This document shows positions 38,212-50,013 of a stretch of DNA of 64,000 nucleotides, piece by piece (positions within the stretch are counted from its first letter, which is position 1; each line of letters opens with the position of its first letter). The position numbers were made by a program, and so were the translations under genes. The stretch comes from Chiloscyllium plagiosum (lineage: Eukaryota): assembly GCF_004010195.1 (NCBI RefSeq), contig NC_057754.1, positions 3,319,527 through 3,383,526 of the forward strand. Reading direction: 5' to 3'. A model generated the notes under the pieces. The model searched no databases. It was not told the DNA's origin and was given only the letters and a program-made list of their open reading frames with translations.

Positions 38212-38299
38212 GTAAGGTGAGGGGAATAGTGAAAGGGATGAGTTTGGATAGGCATGTAGGGCGGTTTTCTGAAATCAAATAAGGTGGGTGTCCAAAGAA

Positions 38300-40275
38300 A
38301 CATGGCGGTTCAGGTAAAATAGTCAAGGTAGGTAATGGAGTGCTGGCCTTTATATCAAGAGGAAGTTTGTGTTGCATTTAGGTAGGGTGATTAAAAAGGT
38401 GCTGGATTAGTGGTGCTGGAAGAGCACAGCAATTCAGGCAGCATCCGAGGACAGGCAAAATCGACGTTTCGGGCAAAAAACTTGCCTTCATTGTGCAGTC
38501 CTCGGAGTTGGGACATTGTGCTGAGGTTGTATAGAATGTTGCCCAGAATTCCACATCCAGTTCTGGTTGCCCTGTTATAGGAAGGATATTGTGAAGCTGG
38601 AGCGGGTTCGAAAGAGATTTACCAGGATGATGCTATGTATGGAGGATTTGAGTTATCAGGATAGGCTGGGACATTTTTGCACTGGAGCTTAGGAAAGGTG
38701 ACCTTACATAAACTTATAAAATCATGAGGGATATAGATAGGGTTAATGGTAGGTGTCTTTTCCTGAGGAAGTGGGATTTCAAAACTAGGCACATTTTTAT
38801 GGTTGAGGAAAGAAATTGTAATAATGACATGAGGGGGCAAATTGTTTTTACACAGAGGGTGGTTTGTGTGGTAGAATGGACGTCCTGAGGAAGTGGTCGA
38901 TGCAGGCACAGTTAGAATATTTAAAAGACATTTGTATAAGTACATGAATAGGAAAGTACATGAATTGGAGGCATATGGGCCAGGAGCAGGCAGCTGGGAC
39001 TTGCTTAGTTTGGGAATATGTCCAGCATGGACTGGTTGAACCAAAGGGTCTGTATCTGTGCTGTATGGCTCGATGACTGGAGTATAATTATGCAGAAGTT
39101 TAAGGGAAGGTGATGGCCCAGTGGCATTAATCAGAGACCCAAGTAATGTTCTAGGGATACAAGTTCAAATTCTGCCACAGCAGATGGTGGAATTTGAATC
39201 AATAAAAATCTGGGATTAGAAGTCTAATGATGGCCTTGCTAGCAACGTCCACATCCTGTGAATGAATAAAAAATAAAGTCACGCTGCAGTTCTATAAAAC
39301 TCTGATTAGAGTCAATGGTCTAACTAGGGGAATCATCACCAGACTATTAATCCAAAAGTTCAGCTAATGTTCTGGGGACCCAGGTTCAAGTCCTGCCGTA
39401 GCAGTTGGTGGAGATTGAATTCAATAAAGAATCTGGAATTAATCATCTAACGATGATTGTGAAACCATTGTCGATTGTCGTTAAAAACTCATTAATGTCC
39501 CTTTAGGGAAAGAAACTGCCATCCTTACCTGGTCTGGCCTACATGTGACTCCAGGCATACAACAACGTGGTTGACTCTAAACTGCCTTCTGGCCAATTAG
39601 GGATGGGCAATAAATGCTGGCCCTCACAGTAATACCCACTTCCCATGAGTGAATTTTTAAAAAAAAAACCTGGAGTAATGTAGGCAGATCTGGATACCAC
39701 ACATTAAGAAGGAGATATTGGCCTCTGAAGGAGTACAAAAAGAATTATACTTGGACTTCAGGGCTTAAGTTATGAGGAGAGATCATACAAATGTTTCTAA
39801 TCAACCTGTTCAGAGATGTTATTATACACCTCTGGAACAGGTGGGACTTAGACCAAAGTCTCCTGGCCCTGGGTTAGGATCGCTGCCACTGCAACACAGG
39901 GGCCTGTTTTCTCTGGAATTTGGAAAGTTAAGGGTTATCTGATCAAAGTTTTTGAGACCTTGGCAGAAAAAGACAGGATGGATAAAGATAAACAATTTCC
40001 ACGAGTTGGGGATTCTAGAACTATGGGCATAGCCTGAGAATTAGGACCAGAGCGTTCAGGAGAGATGTTAGGAAGCACTTCCACACACAAAGGGTGGTAG
40101 ATGTTTGGAGCTCTCTTCCACAAATGGCAGTTGACGCCAGATCTGCGATTTTGTTTTTGTTCAGCAAAGATATTAAGAGATATGGGCCAAAGGCTATATG
40201 GATTTCGCCAAGTAACTCCTTGACTGACTGGTGCAAAAGGTTTGAGGGACTGAATGGCCTACTCCTGTTCCTGTG
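38300..40275 (+). mobile_element. Nested cluster of CR1 fragments, SINEs and a PLE terminal remnant (38395-38480)
   Basis: CR1 bodies at 38500-39080 and 39670-40275; SINEs at 39110-39665. Confidence 0.8.
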
Positions 40276-40285
40276 TGTTAATCCA

Positions 40286-41613
40286 CCCACACCCTCCACC
40301 TCCTCCATGATTTTCGCTTCCCCAGTCCCCAACGTCTTATCTTCACCATGGACATCCAGTCCCTGTACACCTCCATCCCCCATCACGAAGGTCTCAAAGC
40401 CCTCCACTTCTTCCTTTCCTCCTGTACCAACCAGTACCCTTCCACTGACACCCTCCTTCGACTGACTGAACTGGTCCTCACCCTGAACAACTTCTCTTTC
40501 CAAACCTCCCACTTCCTCCAAACCAAAGGAGTAGCCATGGGCACCCGCATGGGCCCCAGCTATGCCTGCCTCTTCGTAGGATATGTGGAACAATCCATCT
40601 TCCGCAACTACACTGGCCCCACCCCCCACCTTTTCCTCCGCTACACCGATGACTGTATCGGCGCCGCCTCGTGCTCCCACGAGGAAGTTGAACAGTTCAT
40701 CCACTTCACCAACACCTTCCAACCCGACCTCAAATTCACCTGGACAGTCCCAGATTCCTCCCTCCCCTTCCTCGACCCTTCTATTTCTATCTCAGGCGAC
40801 AGAATCAACACGGACATCTACTACAAACCGACCGACTCCCACAGCTACCTAGATTACACCTCCTCCCACCCTGCCCCCTGTAAAAACGCCATCCCATTCT
40901 CCCAACTCCTTCGACTCCGCCGCATCTGCTCCCAGGAGGACCAGTTCAAAATACGTACAACACAGATGGCCCCCTTCTTCAAGGACCGCAATTCCCCCCC
41001 CGACGTGGTCGACGGTCCCCCCCACCGCATCTCCTCCACTTCCCGCCCCTCCGCCCTTGAGCCCCGCCCCTCCAACCGCCACCAGGACAGAACCCCACTG
41101 GTCCTCACCTACCACCCCACCAATCTCCATGTACAGCGCATCATCCGCCGTCACTTCCGCCACCTCCAAACAGACCCCAGCACCAAGGATATATTCCCCT
41201 CCCCTCCCCTATCAGCTTTCCGTAGAGACCACTCCCTCCGCGACTCCCTTGTCAGATCCACACCCCCCACCGACCCAACCACCACTCCCGGCACCTTCCC
41301 TTGCAACCGCAGGAGGTGCAACACTTGCGCCCACACCTCCCCCCTCACTTCTCTCCAAGGCCCCAAAGGAAACTTCCATATCCGCCACAGATTCACCTGC
41401 ACCTCCACCCACATCATCTACTGCATCCGCTGCAGCCGGTGTGGCCTCCTCTATATTGGGGAGACAGGCCGCCTACTTGCGGAGCGATTCAGAGAGCACC
41501 TCTGGGCCACCCGGACGAACCAACCCAACCACCCTGTAGCACAGTGCTGCGCTTTTCCAGCAACACATTTTCAGCTCTGATCTCCAGCATCTGCAGTCCT
41601 CACTTTCTCCTCC
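40286..41613 (+). mobile_element. Penelope-like retroelement (Neptune-type), 5'-truncated; RT C-terminal half, Cys linker, GIY-YIG endonuclease, terminal-repeat remnant
   Basis: ORF 40348-41580 has GVAMGTRMGP, RYTDD, PFLD, YYKPTD, CNRRRCNTC and IYCIRC..YIGETGR..ERFREH. Flanked by the direct repeat TGTTAATCCA at 40276-40285 and 41614-41623. Confidence 0.92.
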
Positions 41614-43249
41614 TGTTAATCCAGTTTGCCAAGGGGCAAAAACCAGGCAGGGGAGTACACCTGTATTCTCCCCCCAACACCATTTTACAACCCATTTTCA
41701 TCAATATTGGTATTGATGTAACACTAGCATTAACCCCCCTCTCACTCACCCCTCACCTCGCTGGCTTTCTGGTGGTTATTATTACCTTGTGTCTGGGTGA
41801 CGGAGGCAGGTAGAGGGAGACAATTTATATTCTAGCAAATATAAATTAATGTAAATATTATGCATATCTACAAATCTATTTTCATATTTAATGCCTAGCA
41901 CAATCTTCAGGACAACCCAAAAGAATTAATGCTTCTTTTACACCACTCGTACATTTGTGTGGCACATTGTGAACTATTGTGGCTCCTTGAAAGATCTCTC
42001 GAATTGGTCCTGCTCAGGGGGTCTGACTCTAACTCGACTGAAAGATGGCACCTCGGTGTGCAGCATTCCCTCTGCACTGCATTGGGAATCTGTTGGTTTG
42101 GGTTATGATTCCAAATTTGGAGCTGGACTACAAACCACAACGTACTATCCACTTTACTGAGTCAAAAGGGTTTGCAAGAGTTTTTGATGACCAGACGTTT
42201 CTCAATTGTATTTTAGCTGGTGTCAGTGAACATTTAGTTTGCTTTTATTCAGTTTTAACCTCCCAGCGCTTAGACGGATTGCCTACAGTGTAGATCTATT
42301 TTTGTGCCATCTTTATGCAAGAACAAATTAGCCCATCTCACTCTTTTGCCTTTGCAATGTAGACCTGCAAGTATTTTATCTTCTGATCAGTTTCAATTCT
42401 CTTTTAAAAGCCTTGGTTGAAATTGCCTCTCCAGTGGCAAACAATCACCTTAGCTCTTTTACCAGTTACCTTCTGGGGAAAATCTGGAGTAATATCACTG
42501 GACTTGATGATTGAGAAGCTCAATCCCAAATGATTAAAATCCCAAAACAGCAGTTGGTGGAATTTAAATTCAGTTAGTTAACCTGGAATATAAAGCTGAT
42601 CACAATCTTCAGGACAACCCAAAAGAATTAATGCTTCTTTTACACCACTCGTACATTTGTGTGGCACATTGTGAACTATTGTGGCTCCTTGAAAGATCTC
42701 TCGAATTGGTCCCGCTCAGGGGGTCTGACTATAACTCGACTGAAAGATGGCACCTCGGTGTGCAGCATTCCCTCTGCACTGCATTGGGAATCTGTTGGTG
42801 TGGGTTATGATTCCAAATTTGGAGCTGGACTACAAACCACAATGGTGGTAATGGTGACCGTGACCACCATTGTCAATTGTTCACTGTTGTTCTTTAGGGA
42901 AAGAAATCTGCTGTCTGAACCAGGTCTCTGCTCTGCACATGGTTCCAGACCCACAGCAACGTGGATGACTGTCCTACTGCCCTATGATATGGCTTTAGTG
43001 AGCCTCTCGTTTCAAGGGACACTTAAGGATGGGCAACAATTCCTGACCTTTCCAGTGACAAGGGCGTAGGGACCTAGTGGCAGGATGTGTGCCAGGCCTC
43101 TGGGCAGGCCCTGCTATATGCTGGGGTGGGAGAGCAGACCTCGAGGAGGACATCACACACCTCCACCCCAGCCCTCCAAACAAGATGGTAGTTTCTCATT
43201 AAACCTTTCCAAAGAGAAAACCTACCTGTAAGTACACCTCCTTGGTGAC

Positions 43250-43790
43250 TTGAATTGAATTGTATTAGCTTTAAGGTCACATGTACTCAAATGAATACTG
43301 TGAAAAGTGTACAAGTCGCTGTTTATGGTACCACCTTGGGTACGAAGGTCCCTATGTCCAGCTTTTTCAATTACAATTCTTAGGCAAATAGAGCAGTAAG
43401 AAGTTCAGCATTGTAGATTTTCAGAATAAATTATAAGATGGAGGAAGGAAGAAAAAGTTCAGAACAATGATTTTCCAACCCGGTCCACACTGGCACCTAC
43501 CATCCAGTCCACACCGGGCCTTGACCCCAAGCTGCACCAGGTTTCACCTCTGAGTTCACGAGGCCAGGAGAGAACTCGGGAATCAGCTTGAGACTGCAGG
43601 TGCATGCTGAGGCTATGCTAGGCCAAGAGACTGCCATGTACCTCTGGGACACCACCAAGCCATGCTGAGGGGACTCTACACCAGGCCACTGGGAGACAGC
43701 CACATCAGGCCGAGATGACCCTTTGTCAGGTCTGCAGCGAGGCTGGTAGTTCCGAGGCCTTAGCTTGTACGTCACTGCAACTTTGAGTCA
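43250..43790 (-). repeat. Unclassified interspersed repeat; diverged second copy at about 57620-58195 (+)
   Basis: Shared blocks such as ttccaacccggtccacactggcaccta and aagtcgc..tatggtacca.ctt.ggt; both copies end in (AATTC)n. Confidence 0.6.
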
Positions 43791-44479
43791 CCGACTGCCA
43801 CCCTGAATCAGATGGTAAGCCTGGGCTAATTGAGAAGGACACCCTGGTGAACATCCCAGCTCAGGGACTATTCCCCACCTTACTGTGCTGCAAATAGTCT
43901 GTGAAGTACACTCTGCAGGGGAAACTGTTCTGTCAAAAGTTTCAACTCTTTCCCAGACAAGAGAAGGATGCAAAGTAAGAATTTGACAAAGGACAGGTCC
44001 TCACTCTTGGGAGGGAGATTGCTACTATATCACTATCTCCCTGGACTAGTAATTCATGGACCCAGACTGTTATCTTGGCAACAAGGGTTCTAATAGCATC
44101 ATGGCAGATGGTGAAGTTTGAATTTGGTTGTTGTGGTCCAAAGGTGTACGGGTTAGGTGGATTGGTCGTGGTAAATGCAGGGTTACATGGTTAGGGTGGG
44201 GGTCTGGAACTGGGTGGGATGGTCTTTGGAGGGTCAGTGCAGACTCGATGGGCTAAGTGGCCTCATCCCACATTGTTGAGATTCTGTGATTCTATAGTGA
44301 CCTAAGTGAACCCATCACAAGCTGAGGTCCCAGGTGACTGATCTAGTTACATTTCTGGTATGTCACCACCTTTATGTGAAATGCTGTACACCATGGAGTG
44401 GTTGAGGTGTGACATATTACAGATGTGTCGAAGAGGGAAGATGGTAATTGCGTGAGGAAGAAAGGAACAAAGGATAGAA

Positions 44480-44760
44480 TCCCTACAGAAGCAGGCCAAT
44501 CGGCCCATCCAGTCCACACCAACCCTGCAAAGAGCATTGCATCCCAGATCCACCCCCTTACCTGTGCAACCCTGCATTTTCCATGGCTAATTCACTTAGC
44601 CTGCACATCTTTGGACTGTGGGAGGAAATCCACGCAGACATGGGGACAATGTGCAAACTCCACACACACACACACGCACACACAGTTGTCAGAGAGTGGG
44701 ATCAATCACAGGTCCCTGGTGCTGTGAGTCTGCAGTGTTCACCATTGAGCCAGCGTGTTG
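44480..44760 (-). mobile_element. HE1-like SINE
   Basis: Same body as the 3360-3752 and 53090-53422 copies. Confidence 0.78.
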
Positions 44761-47700
44761 TGAGTGACCGTGAGGCGATGAAAGGGAAGGGTGTAGCCTG
44801 TGAGAAAGCAGAAGCGTTGTCATGGAGTTGATGTGTCGAAGGGGCCTGTTTCTGTGCAGGAAGATTCGCCATAACCCCAGCAGAGATCCCACCTCTTTCC
44901 CCCCCCCCCGACCACATCCCTTCCCCCAGCATACTTGTTCCAGCAGGCCTTCGAGTCCTATGCATAGTCAGACATTGTTCTGAAACAGTGGAATCTCACC
45001 TGGCACAGCATCTAATCACATTTCTGCGTACACGAGATAAAGGTGCTTCGATGAGGGCAAATTCAGGGTTCTGTTTATAAAAAAAAAATGAGGATCAGCA
45101 GGTGGATCTGTTATGGCGGGGGGGGGAATGTGTTCTTTGGAAGGTGATATGTGATTCTGCAGTTCCAATGATGAAGTGGGAGGCAAACAGAGCTGGCTGA
45201 GCACTGATAGAGATCACTCATTCTGCAGGATAAACAAACAACAACCACCAGGCAACCCCAGTCTTAACCCAAACACTGTCGGCAGTGGGAGAGCAGCAAT
45301 TCGATCTGGGGCGTGAGAGACTAGAAGCAGTATCAGCCCCTGTCTACTGGATGTGGAGGTGATGAGTGGGATCAGGTCGTTGGCTCTCTGACCCTGCAGT
45401 AATAGCTGGAGGCAGGAGAGGCTGAGTGAACAGACGGACATGTGGCACCACCCATTCCTTAACAGAGTCAAAGGCACCGTTGAACTGGCCATCTCTCTGC
45501 TCCTGTCTAGTACCTGCTTCTGGCCCTTCCTCTTTCCTCCTGAAATCAGTTGGTTGGTCAGTCCTGGGTGGGACAGCATGGTTTGCTGGGGGATTCCAGG
45601 TAGCCCCAGAAGCAATGGAAGAACTATAAAAACAAGGCCGTGTCTGTTGACACGCCATGCATGCTAACTATGTGCCACCTAAGAATTTGTATTTGCCAGA
45701 ACTGGCGTGCACAATTAAACGGGTTTGCTGCCAGTATGAAAAGTGGCAGCATTCAAATAGGCACAAAAATGAACTAACACAAAGGGGTGAAGCCTGAGGC
45801 TTGGCATGGTTGTGTCCAAGAGATGGAAAGGAATGGGGGAAGGTAACGAGCTGTGAAGTGAGGGACGGGGACAAGGGGCAGCGGTCTCTTTTCCCCCCTC
45901 TGTCACCATCCACTTGTTGTTCATCACTGTCCTCACTTCTCCCACCACCCCTCCACCCACTTATCTCTGTTTTGATCGTGTGCTCTCTTTCTGCACATGT
46001 GCAGTTCCTTTGTGTAGGAAGTCATTGGAATCCTATGGAGCATTTCAGGAACTGAGAATGTTCAGGGTTTACAAATTAACACGCAGTTGCAAATGATGTC
46101 AGGTGTCAGCAAGCTATTTGGCTTTGGGGTCCATCACATTTGATGCTGTTCTCTCCCTCATGCCCCACTGATACTGTATGTTTCCCTGCCAGTGCGGCCC
46201 CTTCTGTTTCCTAAATAGCAATCTTGGCCTTTTGTTTCCACTGCTCCACAACAGAATCTTGTGCTACTTTGGTATCTGTCTGTTTCTCTCGCTGTGTATA
46301 TCATTCTCGCTACATGTTTTTCACGGGGTCTACTTCTGACTCTCGTCCTTGAGTCAGGAGATTGTGTGTCTGAGACCTCACTCGAGCAGAACAATGCAGG
46401 CTGATACACCCAGTGTAAGTTGTTAAGGAAGCACCGCACTGTTGGAGGGTCAGCGCTGAGTAAATGATGCACTGTCGGAGTAGCTGAAGGGGCTGATGAG
46501 AGCCTGGGTTTCATCTCCAATATGCCCCCTCCCTCATTGCTTGCACTGCAAGCTAATGAGCTCTAGTCTGTAGAATGTAACTTGAGCATACAACCTTCTG
46601 CCTCTGAAGCAGGTGATCCAGCCACTGAGCTGTGGGGAGAGCTGATATCTCTTGACACAGTTGATCATATTTTCATCTTTTTTTTTCTGGGGCTTTCTAA
46701 ATATAGGGAGTATTAGATGCAAAAGCAACAAAGGTATGGTGGGCTTTTATAAAACACTGATTCAGCCTCAACTGGAATATTATCTTCAATTCTGAGCACC
46801 ACACTTTGGGAGGGATGTGAAGGTTTTCATGGGACTGCAGAAAAGGTTCTGCAGAGTGGGTTCAAGGGATAAAGGCATTCAGTAACATAGATTGGAGAAG
46901 CCAGGACTGTGTTCCTTGGGAGGAGAGAAGGTTGAGAGGAGATTTCACTTGTCTGTGAATGCTCACTAAGCTGATATCAGTGAGGCCAGGACTGTTGAAT
47001 GAGGAGAATTTGCTTTGACTGTGTTTAGAAAAATGAGCAGGGATCCAATTGGGAAGTATAAAATTGTAACTGGGCTAGACTGACACAAAGCAGGTTCGCT
47101 CAGAAGGTGGTAAACCTGTGAAGTTTTCCACTGCAGAGGGCTACGGAGGCTAGCTCACTAGGTTTATTCAAGTAAGAGATTGATCTTTTAAGGCATCAAA
47201 GGGTATGGAGAGAAAATGGCATTGAAGATAGAAGCTCAGCCATGATCATATTGAATGGTGGAGCAGGCCCGAAGGGCCAAATGGCCTATTCCTGCTCCTA
47301 GTGTCTATGCCTCTGTTTTTTGATAGAGTTGCTCAAAATCATGAGGAATCTGGATAAATCGGGGATGAACAGGAATGATTACCATAGCCAAACAGCAACC
47401 ATTTAGAAGTGATTGATAAAAGAATCAGAGCAGACTTTATGTGCACAGCAATTTCAATCGTGCAGGAGCTGTATGGGACTGTGATGAAGGCAGCCACAAT
47501 TCTGCCTTTCAAAAGGAATCGGACAATTATCTGGAAAGAAAAGAATGTTTGGAGGGTGAATGGCTGTGGTGTGGGTTGGTGGGATTAGCTGAGATGCACT
47601 GGCATAAGACCCAACAGGTCAGAAAGCACACAACGGGCCAAAAAGTCTCAACTTAAGGCCATTTTCTGATTCTATCTCCTGTTGTGGATGAACGCCAGAA

Positions 47701-48609
47701 TTCAGCTTTAAAACAGCCCTATTATATGAATTATAGCGAGGGAGCAGAGGTCCATACCAACATGTCCTCTGTCACCGACTCTGGGAGGCAGTTGTGGGGG
47801 AGATTATATAGTGTAGCTGTCGCTCTCAGTTTGAAAAGCTGAAAGGGAAACAGGGCTAGCTGAGGTAACACAAGCCTGCCTCCCCCCAGCCTGACTGCCG
47901 ACGTGAGCTGCAAATGGAAAACAGCCCTCTGAATTCCCCTTGACGTCACGGCTGACCTCTTCCATTGTGCAGGAGAAGAGAGAGGGACCGGTGAAAGGAG
48001 AGGGAGGACAAAAGAGCTGCAGCGAAAGGGCTGGCGAAGTCTGTTTGGTAAACAGCTCGCCTGACCAGAATGGCTCGCGTCCTCGCATCCGATTGGCTTG
48101 GCGAGAGGCCGCAGGGCGATACAATGCTCTGCCGGCGGAAACCACAAGCCATCTTCTGTCGGGGACTTCATCGGAGCCCCTCCTGCCTTTCTGCGATGCA
48201 CAAAGCTCTGATACAACATTGCTGGACAGTATTACCACTTCTGCTTCAACAGCCTGGGTAACCAGCATACAAAGGGACGTGGACAATAATGCAATCAAGA
48301 GGGCCCTGCTCAAAATCAGCAGCGTTCCCACCTCCTGTTCCCTGGCTCAGTCTGTAACCTGTTTTCTCCGGAATTAGATGTTAAAAACTAGCACACTAGA
48401 TTTCCATGTCTTTACCCTGGTTATGAATTTTGCTGCTGCGTTCACTTGGTGATCCAGTGAATTCATTCCAAACCCACAGTTCAAGGTCACCTTGTAATTC
48501 TGTATGATCACTATTGACCAGCAGCTGAACTGGAGCCCAGCCATATAAATACTGTGGCCTATAGTAGATCAGAGGGTAAAGCATCTTCAGCAAGGTCCCA
48601 CTCACCATC

Positions 48610-49100
48610 CATAATGTTGTACAACATGGAAACAGACCCTTCAGTCCAACTGTTCCATGTCGACCAGATATCCTAAACTAACCAAGTCCCATTTTCCAGC
48701 ATTTGGCCCATATCTCTCTAAACCCTGCCTATTCATGTACCCATCCAGATGCCTTTTAAATGCTGTAACTCTACCGTCCTGCACCATGTCTTCTGGCAGC
48801 TCATTCCACACTGCATGAAAAAATTGCCCCGGTCCCTTTTAAATCCTTCACCTCTCATCTGAAACCTGCGCCTTCCAGTTTGGACTCCATGTGCCCTGGG
48901 AAAAAGACCTCAACTATTCACCTTATCCATGCCCTTCAGGATTTTATAAATCTCCATATGGTCACCCCTTAGCCTCTGACACTCGATGAAAATAGCCCCA
49001 GCCTATTTAGCCTCTCCCTATAGCTCAAACCCTCCAATCCCAGCAACATCCTTGTAAATCTTTTCTGAACTCTTTCAAGTTTCACAAGCTCTTTCTTAAT
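48610..49100 (-). mobile_element. CR1 3' fragment
   Basis: CR1 tail and body. Confidence 0.85.
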
Positions 49101-49778
49101 ATTCTTAAACACTTGTGTAGTCTGTCAGATTCTGCAAAACTCTAGCCCTTCATCAATGTTTGGAGGGGTTATAATGTATGCGATGTAGATCGAGTGGGGA
49201 AGGAGGAGGAGAAACCATCTTCAGTGGAGGGAGGGTCAGTAACGGGGCTGTAATGAACAGAATCGGTAAAAGGAGGCGAGAGTAATGTTTGATCTGAGGC
49301 ATTGAGTTGTTGTGATCTGGAATGCGCTGCCTGAACGGGTGGTTAGGAGCAGATTCAACCTGCTTTCGAAAGGAGGAACTTTCGAAAAGGAGGAGGAGTT
49401 GAATAAATACTGGAAAAGCATATACTTTCAAAGCAGTGGGAATGGGAATAACTGAATCACAAAGAACTACCATGGGTGCAGTGGGCTGAATGGCCTCCTC
49501 TACCATAGTATCATTGTTCAGAGATTGGTTTCCTACTTTCATTTTAATGAAAATTCAGACAGTGATGAAGAGATCCAAGTGATTTACCTTTTTTTTTTTG
49601 TTTTGTTTGTCTGATTTTGATAAAGAACTCTTTGATTCAGGTTCAGATCACTGGGCTGATTTGAAGTTGCTGGTAGCTGGCCTTGATGTAAACGTCAGGA
49701 ATTTCTCAGTATCTGAATGAGTCAAGATTTGTTCAGAATATCGAGCAGTAATCTGACTGAACATAGGATCATAAGAAG

Positions 49779-50013
49779 GTAAAAACAAGGACTGCAGATG
49801 CTGGAGACCAGAGTCTAGATTAGAGTGATGCTGGAAAAGCACAGCAGGTCAGGTAGCATCCGAGGAGCAGGAAAATCGACGTTTCGGGCAAAAGCCCTTC
49901 ATCGGGAATAGCTATTCCCAATGAAGGACTTTTGCCTGAAATGTCGATTTTCCTGCTCCTCGGATGCTGCCTGACCTGCTGTGCTTTTCCAGCACCACTC
50001 TAATCGAGATGGC
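49779..50013. mobile_element. Non-autonomous palindromic PLE terminal-repeat element
   Basis: 49818-50005 is an inverted repeat with 94-bp arms and no loop (centre gggaatag|ctattccc). Flanked by ATCATAAGAAG at 49768-49778 and 50014-50024. Confidence 0.8.

Noticed and set aside
37261..38303. Multiple overlapping ORFs in the CpG island
   Set aside because: Expected from high GC content; low-complexity translations with no domain.
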